NCBI GenBank assembly: GCA_000002445.1 | Contig: CP000070.1 | Location: forward strand, 416,001-480,000 | DNA length: 64,000 nucleotides | Direction: 5' to 3' | From: Trypanosoma brucei | Taxonomy: Eukaryota | Shown here: one piece after another, positions 42,754-54,307 of the stretch | How the letters are laid out: each line of letters begins with the position of its first letter | Position numbering within the stretch: the stretch's first letter is position 1 | Made by a program: the position numbers and the translations under genes | The notes under the pieces: model-generated | The model's input: the letters and a program-made list of their open reading frames with translations, nothing else | Databases searched by the model: none | Told to the model about the DNA's origin: nothing

Positions 42754-44385
42754 ATGTTACAAGCGGCTGAGCAGAGAAACAGCTTGCGGCTCGCGAATGC
42801 CGTTGCCCTCGTTGCAGATGCTAGTGATCAACCAATAACCGAATACGTTGCCGAAAATGGTGGCGCGGCACCCCGGACTTCCAGCACTCTCACATTAGCG
42901 GAGCGGGCTATACGCAATATGGAGATTCGAGCTCTTTGTGAGGACAAAAACTACCAAAGAGTGAAGTTGACATCGTGTCGCGGATCAGTCGACTTGAAAT
43001 TATTCACCTGCATGACGTCGCTGCGCGACATTCATGTTGAGATGGACGGCGATATATGTAACATTCCTTCTCTTCAAGACCTCCCAGATATCAGGAGGAT
43101 ATATTTGAGTAGCAAAACGATGAACGACAGTGATGTGCGACCACTCTGCAACATTGAAACCCTGGAGGAAATTAACATTTGTAACTCCCCAAACGTTGTT
43201 AACCTTGGGAACGTGGGTCGGCTACCGCGCGTACATACGCTGATGGTGAATCGCACTGGCGTGATTGATGAATTCCTCTGCGGTCTCACTTTAAGCAACA
43301 CCTTGAGAAGGATTGATCTGTCTGAATGCCTGCGCCTCACAGACGTTGAGCCGTTGGCTAGCATTGAAACTTTGGAAGAAATTGACGTGAGCGGTTGCTT
43401 CCCTTGTGTGTGCGGGATTGGCGCCCTCGGTGCGCTGCCACGTTTGAAAATTCTCAATGCCAGCCTAACGGGAATCACTGATGAGTGCCTTGCAAGGCTT
43501 AGCGCAAGTCAGAGCCTCAAGAAACTTTTGCTCTCTAAATGTGAGCGGTTGACGAATGTGAGCCGTTTGGATACCGTTACTACCTTGCAAGAATTAGACC
43601 TGGCAGAATGTAAAAATGTGGTAAGTGGTATTGGTTCACTCGGTACACTTCCCGTCCTCCAGTGTCTTGATCTAAGCGGCACCGGGGTGGCCGATGATGA
43701 CTTGTGCGCATTAAGTTGTAGCGCGACTATCTCAAAATTGATAATGAAACGTTGCGTTCTGCTCACAAACGTTTCTCCACTTGAAAAGCTTCGCACACTG
43801 CAGCACGTAAACATTGGAGAATGCATCAACGTCATTGAAGGGTTGAATTCATTCAGTGAGCTCCCGTCGCTGAGAACGCTTTACATGCATTACACTCCCG
43901 TCACGAACGAATGCCTGAGCGTAATCAGCACATCACAAAGTATCGTAAGCCTCAATATAGCGGCGTGTACGCGGATAACGGATATCTCTTGCCTGGCTAA
44001 CTTGAAGACATTGGAGGATGTGAATATTAACATGTGCGAGAGTGTCGAGAAGGGGCTGGGCGATATCAGCGGACTCTCAAACCTTCGAATGCTGAGCGCT
44101 CGCTCCACAGTACTTGACGATGAGTGCGTAAAGATAATGAGCAGTTCCTCCAACCTCGAAAGAAGCTCGCTGGAAGGATGCGCAAAAATTACGGATGTGA
44201 CTCCCCTTGCAGCGGTAAAGTCACTTGAGTATGTAAATCTTGATAATTGCCCAGTGGTGAAGGGCATTGCAGAGCTCGGCAAGCTGCCGCTGCTGCGGGT
44301 GATTTCCCTCCGCGAAACAAACATCTGCGAGGAAGATATTAAGAACCTGAAAAAGTTTAATCGACGATTATATATTGAGAGATGA
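42754..44385 (+). CDS. Leucine-rich repeat protein (543 aa from ATG at 42754; longest ORF from 42637)
   Basis: At least 14 tandem repeats of about 23-25 aa of the form 'L..L..LdLs.C..ltdv..L....tLeel.l..C'. The upstream ORF extension is a poly-T tract ('FLFFLFTF'). Confidence 0.8.
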   Translation: MLQAAEQRNSLRLANAVALVADASDQPITEYVAENGGAAPRTSSTLTLAERAIRNMEIRALCEDKNYQRVKLTSCRGSVDLKLFTCMTSLRDIHVEMDGDICNIPSLQDLPDIRRIYLSSKTMNDSDVRPLCNIETLEEINICNSPNVVNLGNVGRLPRVHTLMVNRTGVIDEFLCGLTLSNTLRRIDLSECLRLTDVEPLASIETLEEIDVSGCFPCVCGIGALGALPRLKILNASLTGITDECLARLSASQSLKKLLLSKCERLTNVSRLDTVTTLQELDLAECKNVVSGIGSLGTLPVLQCLDLSGTGVADDDLCALSCSATISKLIMKRCVLLTNVSPLEKLRTLQHVNIGECINVIEGLNSFSELPSLRTLYMHYTPVTNECLSVISTSQSIVSLNIAACTRITDISCLANLKTLEDVNINMCESVEKGLGDISGLSNLRMLSARSTVLDDECVKIMSSSSNLERSSLEGCAKITDVTPLAAVKSLEYVNLDNCPVVKGIAELGKLPLLRVISLRETNICEEDIKNLKKFNRRLYIER

Positions 44386-44888
44386 TGAAGGTTTGTGGGA
44401 TGCGTGGGCAGAGCATGAAGGGCGCAGTGCAGCTGCTTCGTCTCAGCGAGCTCCTCTCTTTGCTTTGATACGTCGCAGCGCTATATCGCCCTACCTCTTT
44501 TTAGTTTTTATTTTTCTTCACTTCTCCGGGTTTGCGTTGGATGCAGTATAGTTGGGTGGAGCGCGGTGATGGGCCCATCACAGTGCAATATGTACAGTCA
44601 CTGAATGTAAATTTTTTCCCGTTTTTTTTTTCTTTTGGTGCTATTGTGAGTGGACGAAATGATGCAATTTGAATTATATATGTAGACGGGAGGTCAGTTG
44701 TTACGGACGGGCAGCTCCTGAAGTAACGGGTGGGGGAACCACCTGACAACAGGAAGGGCAAAAAGGAGAGAACAATGTGTGAGGTTGATTTTGTAATTTT
44801 TTTTTAAAAAAAATTTCGTTACTGCACACCAAATCAACCATAAAGTGTGGATTACGTATTACACTGTTTCCTTGAATGTATCTTCACG

Positions 44889-44910
44889 TATTATTATTAT
44901 TATTATTATT
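44889..44910. repeat. (TTA)7 trinucleotide repeat
   Basis: attattattattattattattg read directly. Confidence 0.9.
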
Positions 44911-45661
44911 GCCGCTGCCTCCCGTAATAGGGGGCTGATCCACAATGTTTTTTCCTTTCCACCACTTTCCTTTTCCAAGACAGGAAACACTCAAAGGGGG
45001 GACTAACCCGCACTCCGATATTCTTTAGACGGTTTGACAGGGAAACAAGGGGGAAATTGTGAAGTTCGGCCCGTCCTTTTCATCAAGTAACTCATAAGCA
45101 AAAAAAAAAAGATAAAAAGAAATGCTCAACCCCGTGACAGCGTAACTGCAGCTTGGAGTTTATGGAATCCAACCAGTGAGGTAACGAAGGCTTCGCGGCA
45201 GTTAAGTGAAATCGGCTGCCATGGGGGTGGGGGACAAGCGTTACTTCAATTGCTTTACATGAAATAATTGCCCTCCTTTTTTTGTCCCCGTGTTGGGTGC
45301 CCACTGAAAGATATCGGGGCCGTTGAAAAACCATTCATGCTGGTCGGCGATAGAAAACGTGTTGGTTGTGCAGTGTATTAGATGTGAAATGAAAATAACT
45401 GGTGTATGAGAGTTTGGTCCCACGAGTAAATTTAAAAGGATGCGATAAATGTACACTGCGGATAATTATAGTACGAAATAAGTATGCGTAGGGAGTTGCT
45501 TCCCCTTTTGAAGCCATTGTTGAGATGGGATTTTGAAACTTCTCCCTTTACCGTTAGTAACGCGCTCACTTTTTTCTTTTTCTTTTTTTTTTATCGTTTC
45601 CATTCGCAACCTTGTCATCCGATTTTTTTCTTCTCGTAGCTTGCATGGTGTCTGTTAGAGG

Positions 45662-46993
45662 ATGGTTACCCTACGGATGGCCGCTCGTAGACGCGGTTTG
45701 CATGCCAAGAGAAATTGGCACGTGAGCGTTTTCTTATTTCTTGGACTCACCTTCCTCGTAGCTCTCTTCGCGCTGTTGAGCTTGATTACGGGAAAGGGCA
45801 GCGACAATAGCGACCTGCCTAAGAGCACGACAGGACTCTGCGACACTCCATTGATGTACGACATTCTGCTTGACGCTGGTAGTACAGGAACCAGAGTGCA
45901 CATTTTTGAGTACAATAAGTGGCGTCTCGTGGGGGAGGTGTACAACAGCACCCATCCAGGCCTTTCACAGCTCGCTAGTGATGACTCCGCTAACATATCT
46001 GCAAACCTTCAGCCGCTAATGGCAACGGCAGTACGTGCAATCCCTGAAGTTTATCATCCGTGTACAAAAGTGACGCTAAAGGCAACGGCCGGCTTACGTC
46101 TTCTTCCTCCTGAAAAAGTCGAATTCATCCTCCGCGAGACGAAGAAGGTGCTGCGGCGATATCCGTTCGTGGTGGGTTCAGTTTCCGTCATGGATGGTGA
46201 TGAAGAGGGCATGGACGCGTGGCTTACGGTGGCGTACCTACTCGGGCGTTTCGATAGGTCAGCGGAGGGGACCCCAAATTCTACGGCAAAACGAATTGCA
46301 ACCATTGATATGGGTGGCGCCTCTACACAGCTTGTGCTTCAAATGTCGCCAGGTTACACCGGCGAAACACAGTTCATAACCTCCCTGCATTTTGGTGTTA
46401 CGGAGATTCCGTTATACACTTACAGTTTTCTGGGGTTGGGTCTTAGACAGGCCACACTCGAGGTGCTGAGAGAATTGACAGCGGTCGAGCGGACGTCATT
46501 CCCATGTTTTCCATCACGGTACCGGCATCGTATTGATGGTGAGGGAGGGGTTAGTTTTGTAGAAAATATTGATGGCAACGCGCAGGGATTTGGCGCATGC
46601 CTCCGCTTTTTCCATCGTTTTATAAATACACGCTCTTCGGAACACTTGGCGGCTCTCCGGGGCGGCCGACACGTATTGAAATTTGCTGAAGGAGCTCAAT
46701 CGGTTGAGATATTCGCCTTTTCCTTCTTCCATCGCTTATGGCGACTTCGACCAGCAGACAATGTAACCGTTCAGTACTATAAGGAATTGGGCGAACAAGT
46801 GTGTTCCGCAGGTGGGAAGCACAACAGCGGGACGAACTGCATGGACGTTGCCTATTTATATGGTTTCCTCACGTCAGGGCTTGGTTTGTCTGACAAAACG
46901 AAACTGAACGTCCCCTACGTTCTGAGCGACGTGAAGGTTACGTGGGCTCTGGGCGCGTCTCTGCTATCAGTGGAGGGGAAGGTGCGGCGTTAG
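45662..46993 (+). CDS. Nucleoside diphosphatase / apyrase, GDA1/CD39 (NTPDase) family (443 aa)
   Basis: Apyrase conserved regions are present: ACR1 'DAGSTGTRVHIF', ACR2 'ATAGLRLL', ACR4 'IDMGGASTQL'. The N-terminal hydrophobic anchor 'VFLFLGLTFLVALFALLSLI' suggests a type-II membrane protein. Confidence 0.85.
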   Translation: MVTLRMAARRRGLHAKRNWHVSVFLFLGLTFLVALFALLSLITGKGSDNSDLPKSTTGLCDTPLMYDILLDAGSTGTRVHIFEYNKWRLVGEVYNSTHPGLSQLASDDSANISANLQPLMATAVRAIPEVYHPCTKVTLKATAGLRLLPPEKVEFILRETKKVLRRYPFVVGSVSVMDGDEEGMDAWLTVAYLLGRFDRSAEGTPNSTAKRIATIDMGGASTQLVLQMSPGYTGETQFITSLHFGVTEIPLYTYSFLGLGLRQATLEVLRELTAVERTSFPCFPSRYRHRIDGEGGVSFVENIDGNAQGFGACLRFFHRFINTRSSEHLAALRGGRHVLKFAEGAQSVEIFAFSFFHRLWRLRPADNVTVQYYKELGEQVCSAGGKHNSGTNCMDVAYLYGFLTSGLGLSDKTKLNVPYVLSDVKVTWALGASLLSVEGKVRR

Positions 46994-49662
46994 AACATAA
47001 AATTTGCACGGCTTTTACTCAGTATGAGTGCTGCATCCACATAAAGATTTTTTTCTTTGATTTTTCTCTCTTTTTTTTTTTTTTTGGCCGCCTCCAGTCT
47101 GCTTGACCATTTGTTGGTACCTTTTTTTAGTGTCGATGCTCAGTCACACGCGCAAAGTTTACTGAGTTAAAATGAAGACACGAGTGACTCACCGCTTCTT
47201 GCACTTTGGCTCCCACTTGCCGCCTACGTGCATATACCACTAAAAGATATTCGGTTGGCACATGTGATTAAGAGAAGACAAAATCAAACCGTCTTTCAAT
47301 CGGTTTGTACCACCATAACTGGAGTGTGGAACATTCGCGCAACCTTGCGTAGAGCAGTCGGAATTTAGCGACTGATCTTCTTACCTTTTATCCTCCATTT
47401 CTTCCCATTTCCTTCAAAAGTAAGGAGGTGTCAATGGACTAGCGACTGCCAAGTTGTTGGAACATAGGCATAACGGGATATGGCGGCTCCCTCTCCGTGC
47501 AGTCACAGGTGTGAAATGTTGGCAACACTCGTCAATGATACTCCCGTCCCCATAAACAATTTTTTTTACGTCGTTTAACCAAACAACACTTGTGAAGAGA
47601 GCAGATGAGGTAGCAGAACCGTGCTCTCTGCAAGGGAGGGGGCCGTTGCCTCTTGAAAACGAAACAAGTGACTGGCTTCTAACTTATGAGTGCTAGCATG
47701 GAAGGTTGGTACCAGGGACACCTGATTTCATGGTCATGCCACGAAGTGAGTAAGCCAGAGTTGACAGTTTAGAGTGGGGGGGGGGGATAATTCTAAATTC
47801 ACCCAACTGGCACGGGTCACCGACAATCGAAACCTGATAATAGAGAAAGAGACCCACAGTTCCATAAGGCACGACTTTCCCATCGCTTGAGGGTTGGGGA
47901 TGTGACTTGGGCCTTCTTAGACGAATGCTTGCGAAGGGGGTGCCTTTTCACGAACATCCGTTTCCCGCAGCATTTGGGGTCCTAGTTCGCCAGTGATATA
48001 GTAAATATGTCCTCTTAATACGCCTTCCTCACGCAATGGACAATATACACCACCGCCCCGCTTCGCGCAAAAACGGTTTTCTGCTTTCCGAGGTCTTTTC
48101 GTCATTCACAGCATTTCTCGTGAACGGCGTCCACTTCAACGTGACGGTGCGGTTCCCTGCCCCCTCTTGTCGTGGGAAGCCGGAAGCAGCCCGCATTTTC
48201 CACGTGAAAAACAACAGCATTGCGTGTGAGCCCCCAATGCCGTCATACGGCACAGGGAGGCAGCTGCATCATGGCGCGGTACCGTTCCCTGTCGGTTCCA
48301 CGTCACACTCCATCATGTTATTGCCCGGCCGTTGTGGAAATTGGTTTTTTTTTCACCCACAACTCCAAACTGGAGAAGGCCCCCCAACCTCGTCCTTCAG
48401 AATCATTTCCTCGGCCTCTAAAATAAGCACTTCCTCCTTAGCCCCCTCACAGCGGTACATTACATCAGGCAACTCAACAGTTATTGGAGGTCCAACTGCA
48501 ACTTGTTGAGGACGCTTTTGCTCTCATAAAGTTGCTGCTTCCACGTTATATTATTTTCACAAAAGTTCTCAGAACCGCATCGGCAGCAATACCCCCACAC
48601 ACACTACGTCAGTAAAAGCTGACCCGCCAGCACCCTTACAAACTTCGCCACAATTTTCCTGCTAAATAATGGTCCTCTTTCAAGTTTCTTCGCATCTTGG
48701 CGAGAGTTTCTCGGACAAACTGCCACAAACTACAAGGGATGTTTCCATCCTACTGCTGATGACGTATGGCAAAAAACCTTTGTCACAAGTACCGTATACC
48801 TCCGCCCAACTTTATTTCGCCTTCTCCCCTTTAGCACTGTCACAGTAAGTGTCCTCTTCAGAAAGGAATTGGACAAAACTCATTACACGCAATTCAAGCA
48901 TACAAAATAATCAGACACAACCTTATTGATGGTACTGGCACTCCCCATCAATACCTTCCCCCTTTCCATGACTAACGAGAGGCCCTTCCCCCACACCACC
49001 AACTACACCTTATCAATCCACAATACAAATCATACGTTGAACAGAAACTAAAACATTAAATACTAAATATAAATACATGGGGAAGTGATGTAAACTATAA
49101 GAGGGTTTATGTACGTCAAGGAAGTTTCATTAGAATACAATAATAGTTTTGAATTTTATTAAACAACTTAAAGCTTAACCACATGTGTGGAAACAACAAT
49201 CACTTCACTATAGCATTTGTAGATTAGTGATTGTTACTGAAATAAATGAAAAAAACAAATGAAGTAAATATGGCAAGCACTGCATCCCATATTCTGTATT
49301 CATCACTGTGTGCTGACGCGTTTGAGTAGCTTTGCCCATTGACAGAAAAAAAAATAATAAATAAATGAAATCTCTTCTTGCATCTTGCACAAGTGTATTT
49401 CAACAGAACAAAGACGTAAAAGAAATTTTATGCTTAATATATTTACTCATTTATTTGAAGGAAAGGTACAATGGCCAAAAAACTATAAAGGTGCATGTGA
49501 GTTATACTTCATTGTCAGATAAAGTTAACTTCACAACCCTCCTGAAACACAAAAGGAAAATTAAAAGAATTACAATGAAGAAACAGAAGGAATACAATAT
49601 GTTTTTGCCAACCTCTAACATGTTATATGTAAAAGTGACGAAATGGTCTTCACAATAGGATG
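46994..49662. other. Convergent strand-switch region (end of + strand gene cluster, start of - strand array)
   Basis: The last + gene stops at 46993. The first - strand gene stops at 49663. There is no long ORF in between. It contains poly-T16 at 47075-47090 and G11 at 47776-47786. Confidence 0.8.
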
Positions 49663-51735
49663 CTACTCATGACCTCGTTTCCGTGTGAATGCTGGTGCAT
49701 CTCGATATTTTCTCTCTTCATGATACGCTATTATAAGCTCTTTCTGTATCTTGTTATCAAATGTTATTTGATACTGGTCAATACCATCCCAAAATACTTG
49801 TGTTTCCTCAGTTTGTTGCTCAGCATCAGCGGTGTTGTTGTTCACACATCGTTGCCGCGTCTTAATCACACCACCATAAATAGCATTAACATATATCATC
49901 TCCCATGCCATGTTACGAGAAAAGGTATCCCAATCGGAAAAATACCTTGCAATGTTTGTCATAAATTCCTGTAACTCTGAAACACTTGCTTCTTTCCTGT
50001 AATTATCTGTTATTTGAATAAGCACAATAGTCTTTGAGGCAACTCCCAGTTGTGGAAAACCATCCCTCATATCCGCAACCCTTCTAGAGCAATCTTCCAC
50101 AAAGAAAAAGCCATCCACAAAAAGCTTACTCTTTTCCAATGACCTGTAGAGCACTTTGTATTTACAGTTTCCAATTGCATTCTGTCCAGCTTCTGGTAAG
50201 AACTTTTGTTCAAAAATTTGAAACTGTTGTGGGGTCATATCTTTCAGGATGCTACGCTTGTCTTCCGTCTCTCCGAGTCTTCGGAGGTAGTTCAAATGTT
50301 TTGTGACCACACAAAAGACTCTAGGAAAGAGAAGTGAAACCAAAGCCCTTGTTTTAAGCGAGTAGGCTCCGACCTTACCGTATTCCATCATGAATTCATG
50401 GGATGACATACTTTCCGCAACATCTGCAAACAGCGTACAGAGTATCATATTCCCAATGGCAACTGATAGAGGTCTACAGTGGTATGATTCGAGGTTGCCA
50501 TATCTGCTCCTCTCCCGTACAATCTTTATTAACGATTCTGTGAAATGATTACCTTTCCATTCAAAATATTTTCCCATCATCATATCATAGCCATCTCGTC
50601 TATTACAACTGAGACTGCTTAGATACTCTATTACTGCCGCCTCACGACAGCCAGCTCCATTACTGAAAACATAACGAGGCAGCGGCCCCACAAAGTCAAC
50701 ACGTCTCTCCACCAACCTCCACTCATCCTCTAGCTCTTCCTTAACCTTCAAACGAGCATTTTCATCGAGAGTCGTATAGTTGGGAAATAGGGACAGTTTC
50801 TTCCAAGCCACAAACGCCTTAATGTCACGTACGTCATCGCAGTTTAAAATTATCCTTGTTTGTTCCAGGTTCTTCATCCAGTACTTGTAGCGAACTCCAT
50901 CTGGGGGTGCGAGGACAGTCACACCCCAAACATTTCTTGGGATCTCATAAGGCAGAGTTTCCTTACGACTATTAATATCAAAAATAATATGCCCTCTTTT
51001 TTTTAGACGCATTTCTTCAATAACATTAGTGACGTCTTCTCTCTTGTGCAATACAACCCTCCCTTCCTCATTCCCCTTCTTGTTGTATATAAGGTAAGCG
51101 TCCACATCCGTGAAATACACAACGACATCAAGCATTCCTTCATGGAAGTGAAGTAGGGAATGAAGTAAAAATGATCCAACTCCACATGATTTTCCAATAC
51201 CAGATATACCAATGACAATGTGTGTTGGTGGTGTGCTCTCTGTCTTTTCCACCCACCATGCATTTAATTTTCGTTGTATTATATACCACACACGCATCAT
51301 TTCACGACGGACGTAAATATGACCTCCATTTCCCCCATATAAACTAATGAGAGAACATTGAAATCTATCTGAGGGCCAACCCATCTTTGATGTAAGGACA
51401 AAGATCTCCAGGCCAGTGGGTCTCTCCTCAAGTTCCGCATCAACTTCACAATGTTCAGGAGTTATATCCACTTCTTCTTCCGTCCATATGTGTTGTGGTC
51501 TTCCAAAGAATACCTTCATACCGAGTGGCTCTTGATTATAACCTGACATCACATAACTCCACTTCGCATAATACAGAGACTCATATAACTCCTCTTCACG
51601 AGATTTCCTTTTTCCAGTTACCGATGGATTCTGCATCTGTCGTCCACCTTGTTCCTGCACTTCACCTTGTGCACGATTAAACCGTTCGTTAAACACATTC
51701 TGAGTATTTCTCATATTGCCGTTGTTTTGAATCAT
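49663..51735 (-). CDS. P-loop NTPase-like multicopy protein, tentatively retrotransposon-hot-spot (RHS)-like (690 aa), array copy 1
   Basis: Walker-A-like 'IVIGISGIGKSCGVGSFLLHSLLH' resembles the RHS 'GxPGIGKS' block. 'IFVLTSKMGWPSDRF' resembles the RHS 'VLTSxKGWPY' motif. Family assignment is from memory and unverified. Codon usage is much more AT-rich than the upstream genes. Confidence 0.5.
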   Translation of the reverse strand: MIQNNGNMRNTQNVFNERFNRAQGEVQEQGGRQMQNPSVTGKRKSREEELYESLYYAKWSYVMSGYNQEPLGMKVFFGRPQHIWTEEEVDITPEHCEVDAELEERPTGLEIFVLTSKMGWPSDRFQCSLISLYGGNGGHIYVRREMMRVWYIIQRKLNAWWVEKTESTPPTHIVIGISGIGKSCGVGSFLLHSLLHFHEGMLDVVVYFTDVDAYLIYNKKGNEEGRVVLHKREDVTNVIEEMRLKKRGHIIFDINSRKETLPYEIPRNVWGVTVLAPPDGVRYKYWMKNLEQTRIILNCDDVRDIKAFVAWKKLSLFPNYTTLDENARLKVKEELEDEWRLVERRVDFVGPLPRYVFSNGAGCREAAVIEYLSSLSCNRRDGYDMMMGKYFEWKGNHFTESLIKIVRERSRYGNLESYHCRPLSVAIGNMILCTLFADVAESMSSHEFMMEYGKVGAYSLKTRALVSLLFPRVFCVVTKHLNYLRRLGETEDKRSILKDMTPQQFQIFEQKFLPEAGQNAIGNCKYKVLYRSLEKSKLFVDGFFFVEDCSRRVADMRDGFPQLGVASKTIVLIQITDNYRKEASVSELQEFMTNIARYFSDWDTFSRNMAWEMIYVNAIYGGVIKTRQRCVNNNTADAEQQTEETQVFWDGIDQYQITFDNKIQKELIIAYHEERKYRDAPAFTRKRGHE

Positions 51736-54268
51736 TCCTATCTCAAAATAATAACTTTAAATAGGTAATATTGTGTTACTTTCTGCACATATATGTGTTT
51801 GTGTGTGTTAAATCAAATAGTAAAATGAAGGGAATGATGTGTACACACTATCAAGCAACACATATATACAGTTCATGAATATCATAAACTAACAGAACAA
51901 ATCATAACCCCTCCTTACAGTTAAACCCCTTAACAACCCCTTGCATATATTGAATAGTGATGTTCAATCAATTAAATATTCTGTATGAAAGCATGAGTAA
52001 TAAGATTTTTAGATATGAGAGATAACAAACACGAAATCCTAAGTGAAGAATACTACTATTTCATATAATATAATATGTATGCATATAGTATAATATGTCA
52101 TACTTTTTGAAATAATAAACAATAGTATTAATAATGAGATAAACAGAATTTACAATAATAGATTATACATTGCACACGTAATAATGAGGACAACGTATGT
52201 CACAAAGGTTCTTAATTATAACATCGAAAGAACATTAACTCAAAGCATCAGCATATACTGCACATACAAACTGTTATTCATTATAACATCTTGGCTCCAT
52301 TTCACAGCATAGACGACAATGTTTGAGTGTAAACCGTAACATACAAAACCCAACACAAATATCTTCTGTACTGTCAAATATTGGGATGGTATCTCATCTC
52401 ATTATTAAACACTTTCAACATTATCTTGTTGTCTCCTTGTTTGGGAACTCTCATCTGTGACACTAAGGAATATGTGAAGATATTAAGATCATTTATTTTT
52501 TTATTTCCTAGTTGCATTTGCAATTGTTCACGTATTCTTTCAGTACACGCAAAAAAATTGAAAGTTTAAGGAAAATTGAATTATGAGAATAAGGAAACAA
52601 AGGATAAATTTTCTGTGAACAATAAAATATTATATAATATCTCAAATCTTCTGCAGTGATTCACCACATGTGGAAAATATATGCAATAGTTACATAACAC
52701 TGACAACACTGAATAAAGGAATATATTCAATATACTCAATATAGTCAATATATTTAATGCAAATATTACATGGAATATAAGAAATGTAAGGAATCAAAGG
52801 AATATAAAAAATAAAATGTAATGGAGAATGATGAAAACTTAAGATACATCTATGTGAGCATAGCGTTGTGTGAGTAGAAATCATGTGCATATTTTATCTT
52901 AATCTTTCCCTATATTGTACTCACTCACTCGTAAAATTTAATCATGGAAATAAAGTTTAGGGAATAGTAAAGTTGTTCTTCCACTCGCATCAAGACACAA
53001 ATACCTGCTTTCTGTCATTGGAAATCATGTGTCTTTATTAAATTGTAGTATCCAATAATGAAAAAGAAGTACTCTATTACTATATCACTCATCATTTCCT
53101 ACATCCCTAAATATATCGCATATTGTCACTATACATATTCTTTTTCTTTTTCATATACCATACAACAATCATATATTATTTACTTCCTTTCTTTAACCTG
53201 ATGTTGTAATGTTCCTTTTGGAAGATACAAATAAATAATTGTACAAATATTAACACAAGAGTAATAATAGAAGAAAAGAATTACCTTAAGGAAACTACAT
53301 GGAACTTCCATTATATAAGATACTACACTTCATATAAGGGGGAAATACGTAACAGTGGTTGTATCTTTTATTTGTCCTCAGTGTATCGGCAATCCTTCAG
53401 TAGACACTGCTTTGCAACTGATTTCTTTTATGGATTAAGTTAGTCAGCAGTGTTGAGACAGGTTCCCCCGCATAAGGAGTGAAGAAACAAAACAATATTC
53501 CTACCTTCTAACCTATTGAACAAGAATGTCTCAAACAATATCATTTGTCCCTATTTATTTCTGCAGATGCAAATGCTATTGATGGGTGAGATACATCTAA
53601 ACAGCAACGGATATAACTATACTCATACAGTGTTTCTTTGATTTCTTCTCGTCACCACAGTTGTGTTGGGTTACAAATATATACACAGCACTCCACTTTG
53701 TGGCTATAAGTCTCTTTAATATTTGAATGAAATCCTGCTTATCGCTACTGCAATATTTCACACTCTGTGAGGGACACTGATATTTGCTTCTTTCGTCCAT
53801 TTCATATTTTGATAGTTATGTAAATATCTTATGTGCAATCCATCTCCTTTCCAAAATAAATAAAAAGAAAGATAAAAGCATAAGCAATTATCGACATAAA
53901 AACTGGAATGAGTCTCTCGGTTACACGTCGCACGCTTCTAACATATAGACACGCTGCATGTAACCTATTTTTGTTGTTTCATGCATGTGTCAGTATGATA
54001 AAATGAAAATAGTCTCATGTTTCTCCTTGTGCTTTTGTATTGCATAAACTACTGGACTCGTCATCTCTTCCACCTATTCATCACACAGGAGTTGTTCACT
54101 TGCTTTACATATAGCATATAGTAAAAATACAAAATATCAAATTATTAAATTAATACTTCACTATAAGCAATAAAGCTTACTTGATTTTGTTTATTTCATT
54201 TATATCTGAGTTGAATTACATATGTTAATGAAATTATTCCACTACTCAAAGATACAAACACTTTATTG

Positions 54269-54307
<39 letters not shown>

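Noticed and set aside
47289-47311. Perfect 7-bp stem / 9-nt loop hairpin 'caaaccgtctttcaatcggtttg' as a possible tRNA arm or terminator
   Set aside because: It has no accompanying acceptor or T-arm structure or A/B boxes. An isolated hairpin is insufficient to call an RNA gene.
48036-48509. 157-aa ORF in the strand-switch region as a possible gene
   Set aside because: It overlaps an equally long ORF on the opposite strand and has no motif. The region looks like decayed pseudogene or retroelement sequence, not a live gene. It is kept as a finding, not a feature.
49365-49974. + strand ORFs (97 and 104 aa) and other short ORFs in the AT-rich array (52381..52569, 52690..52890, 53597..53800 and their repeats)
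   Set aside because: They lie antisense to, or between, the array genes. They are I/L/K/N/Y-rich, as expected from random AT-rich sequence. They recur only because the whole unit is repeated.
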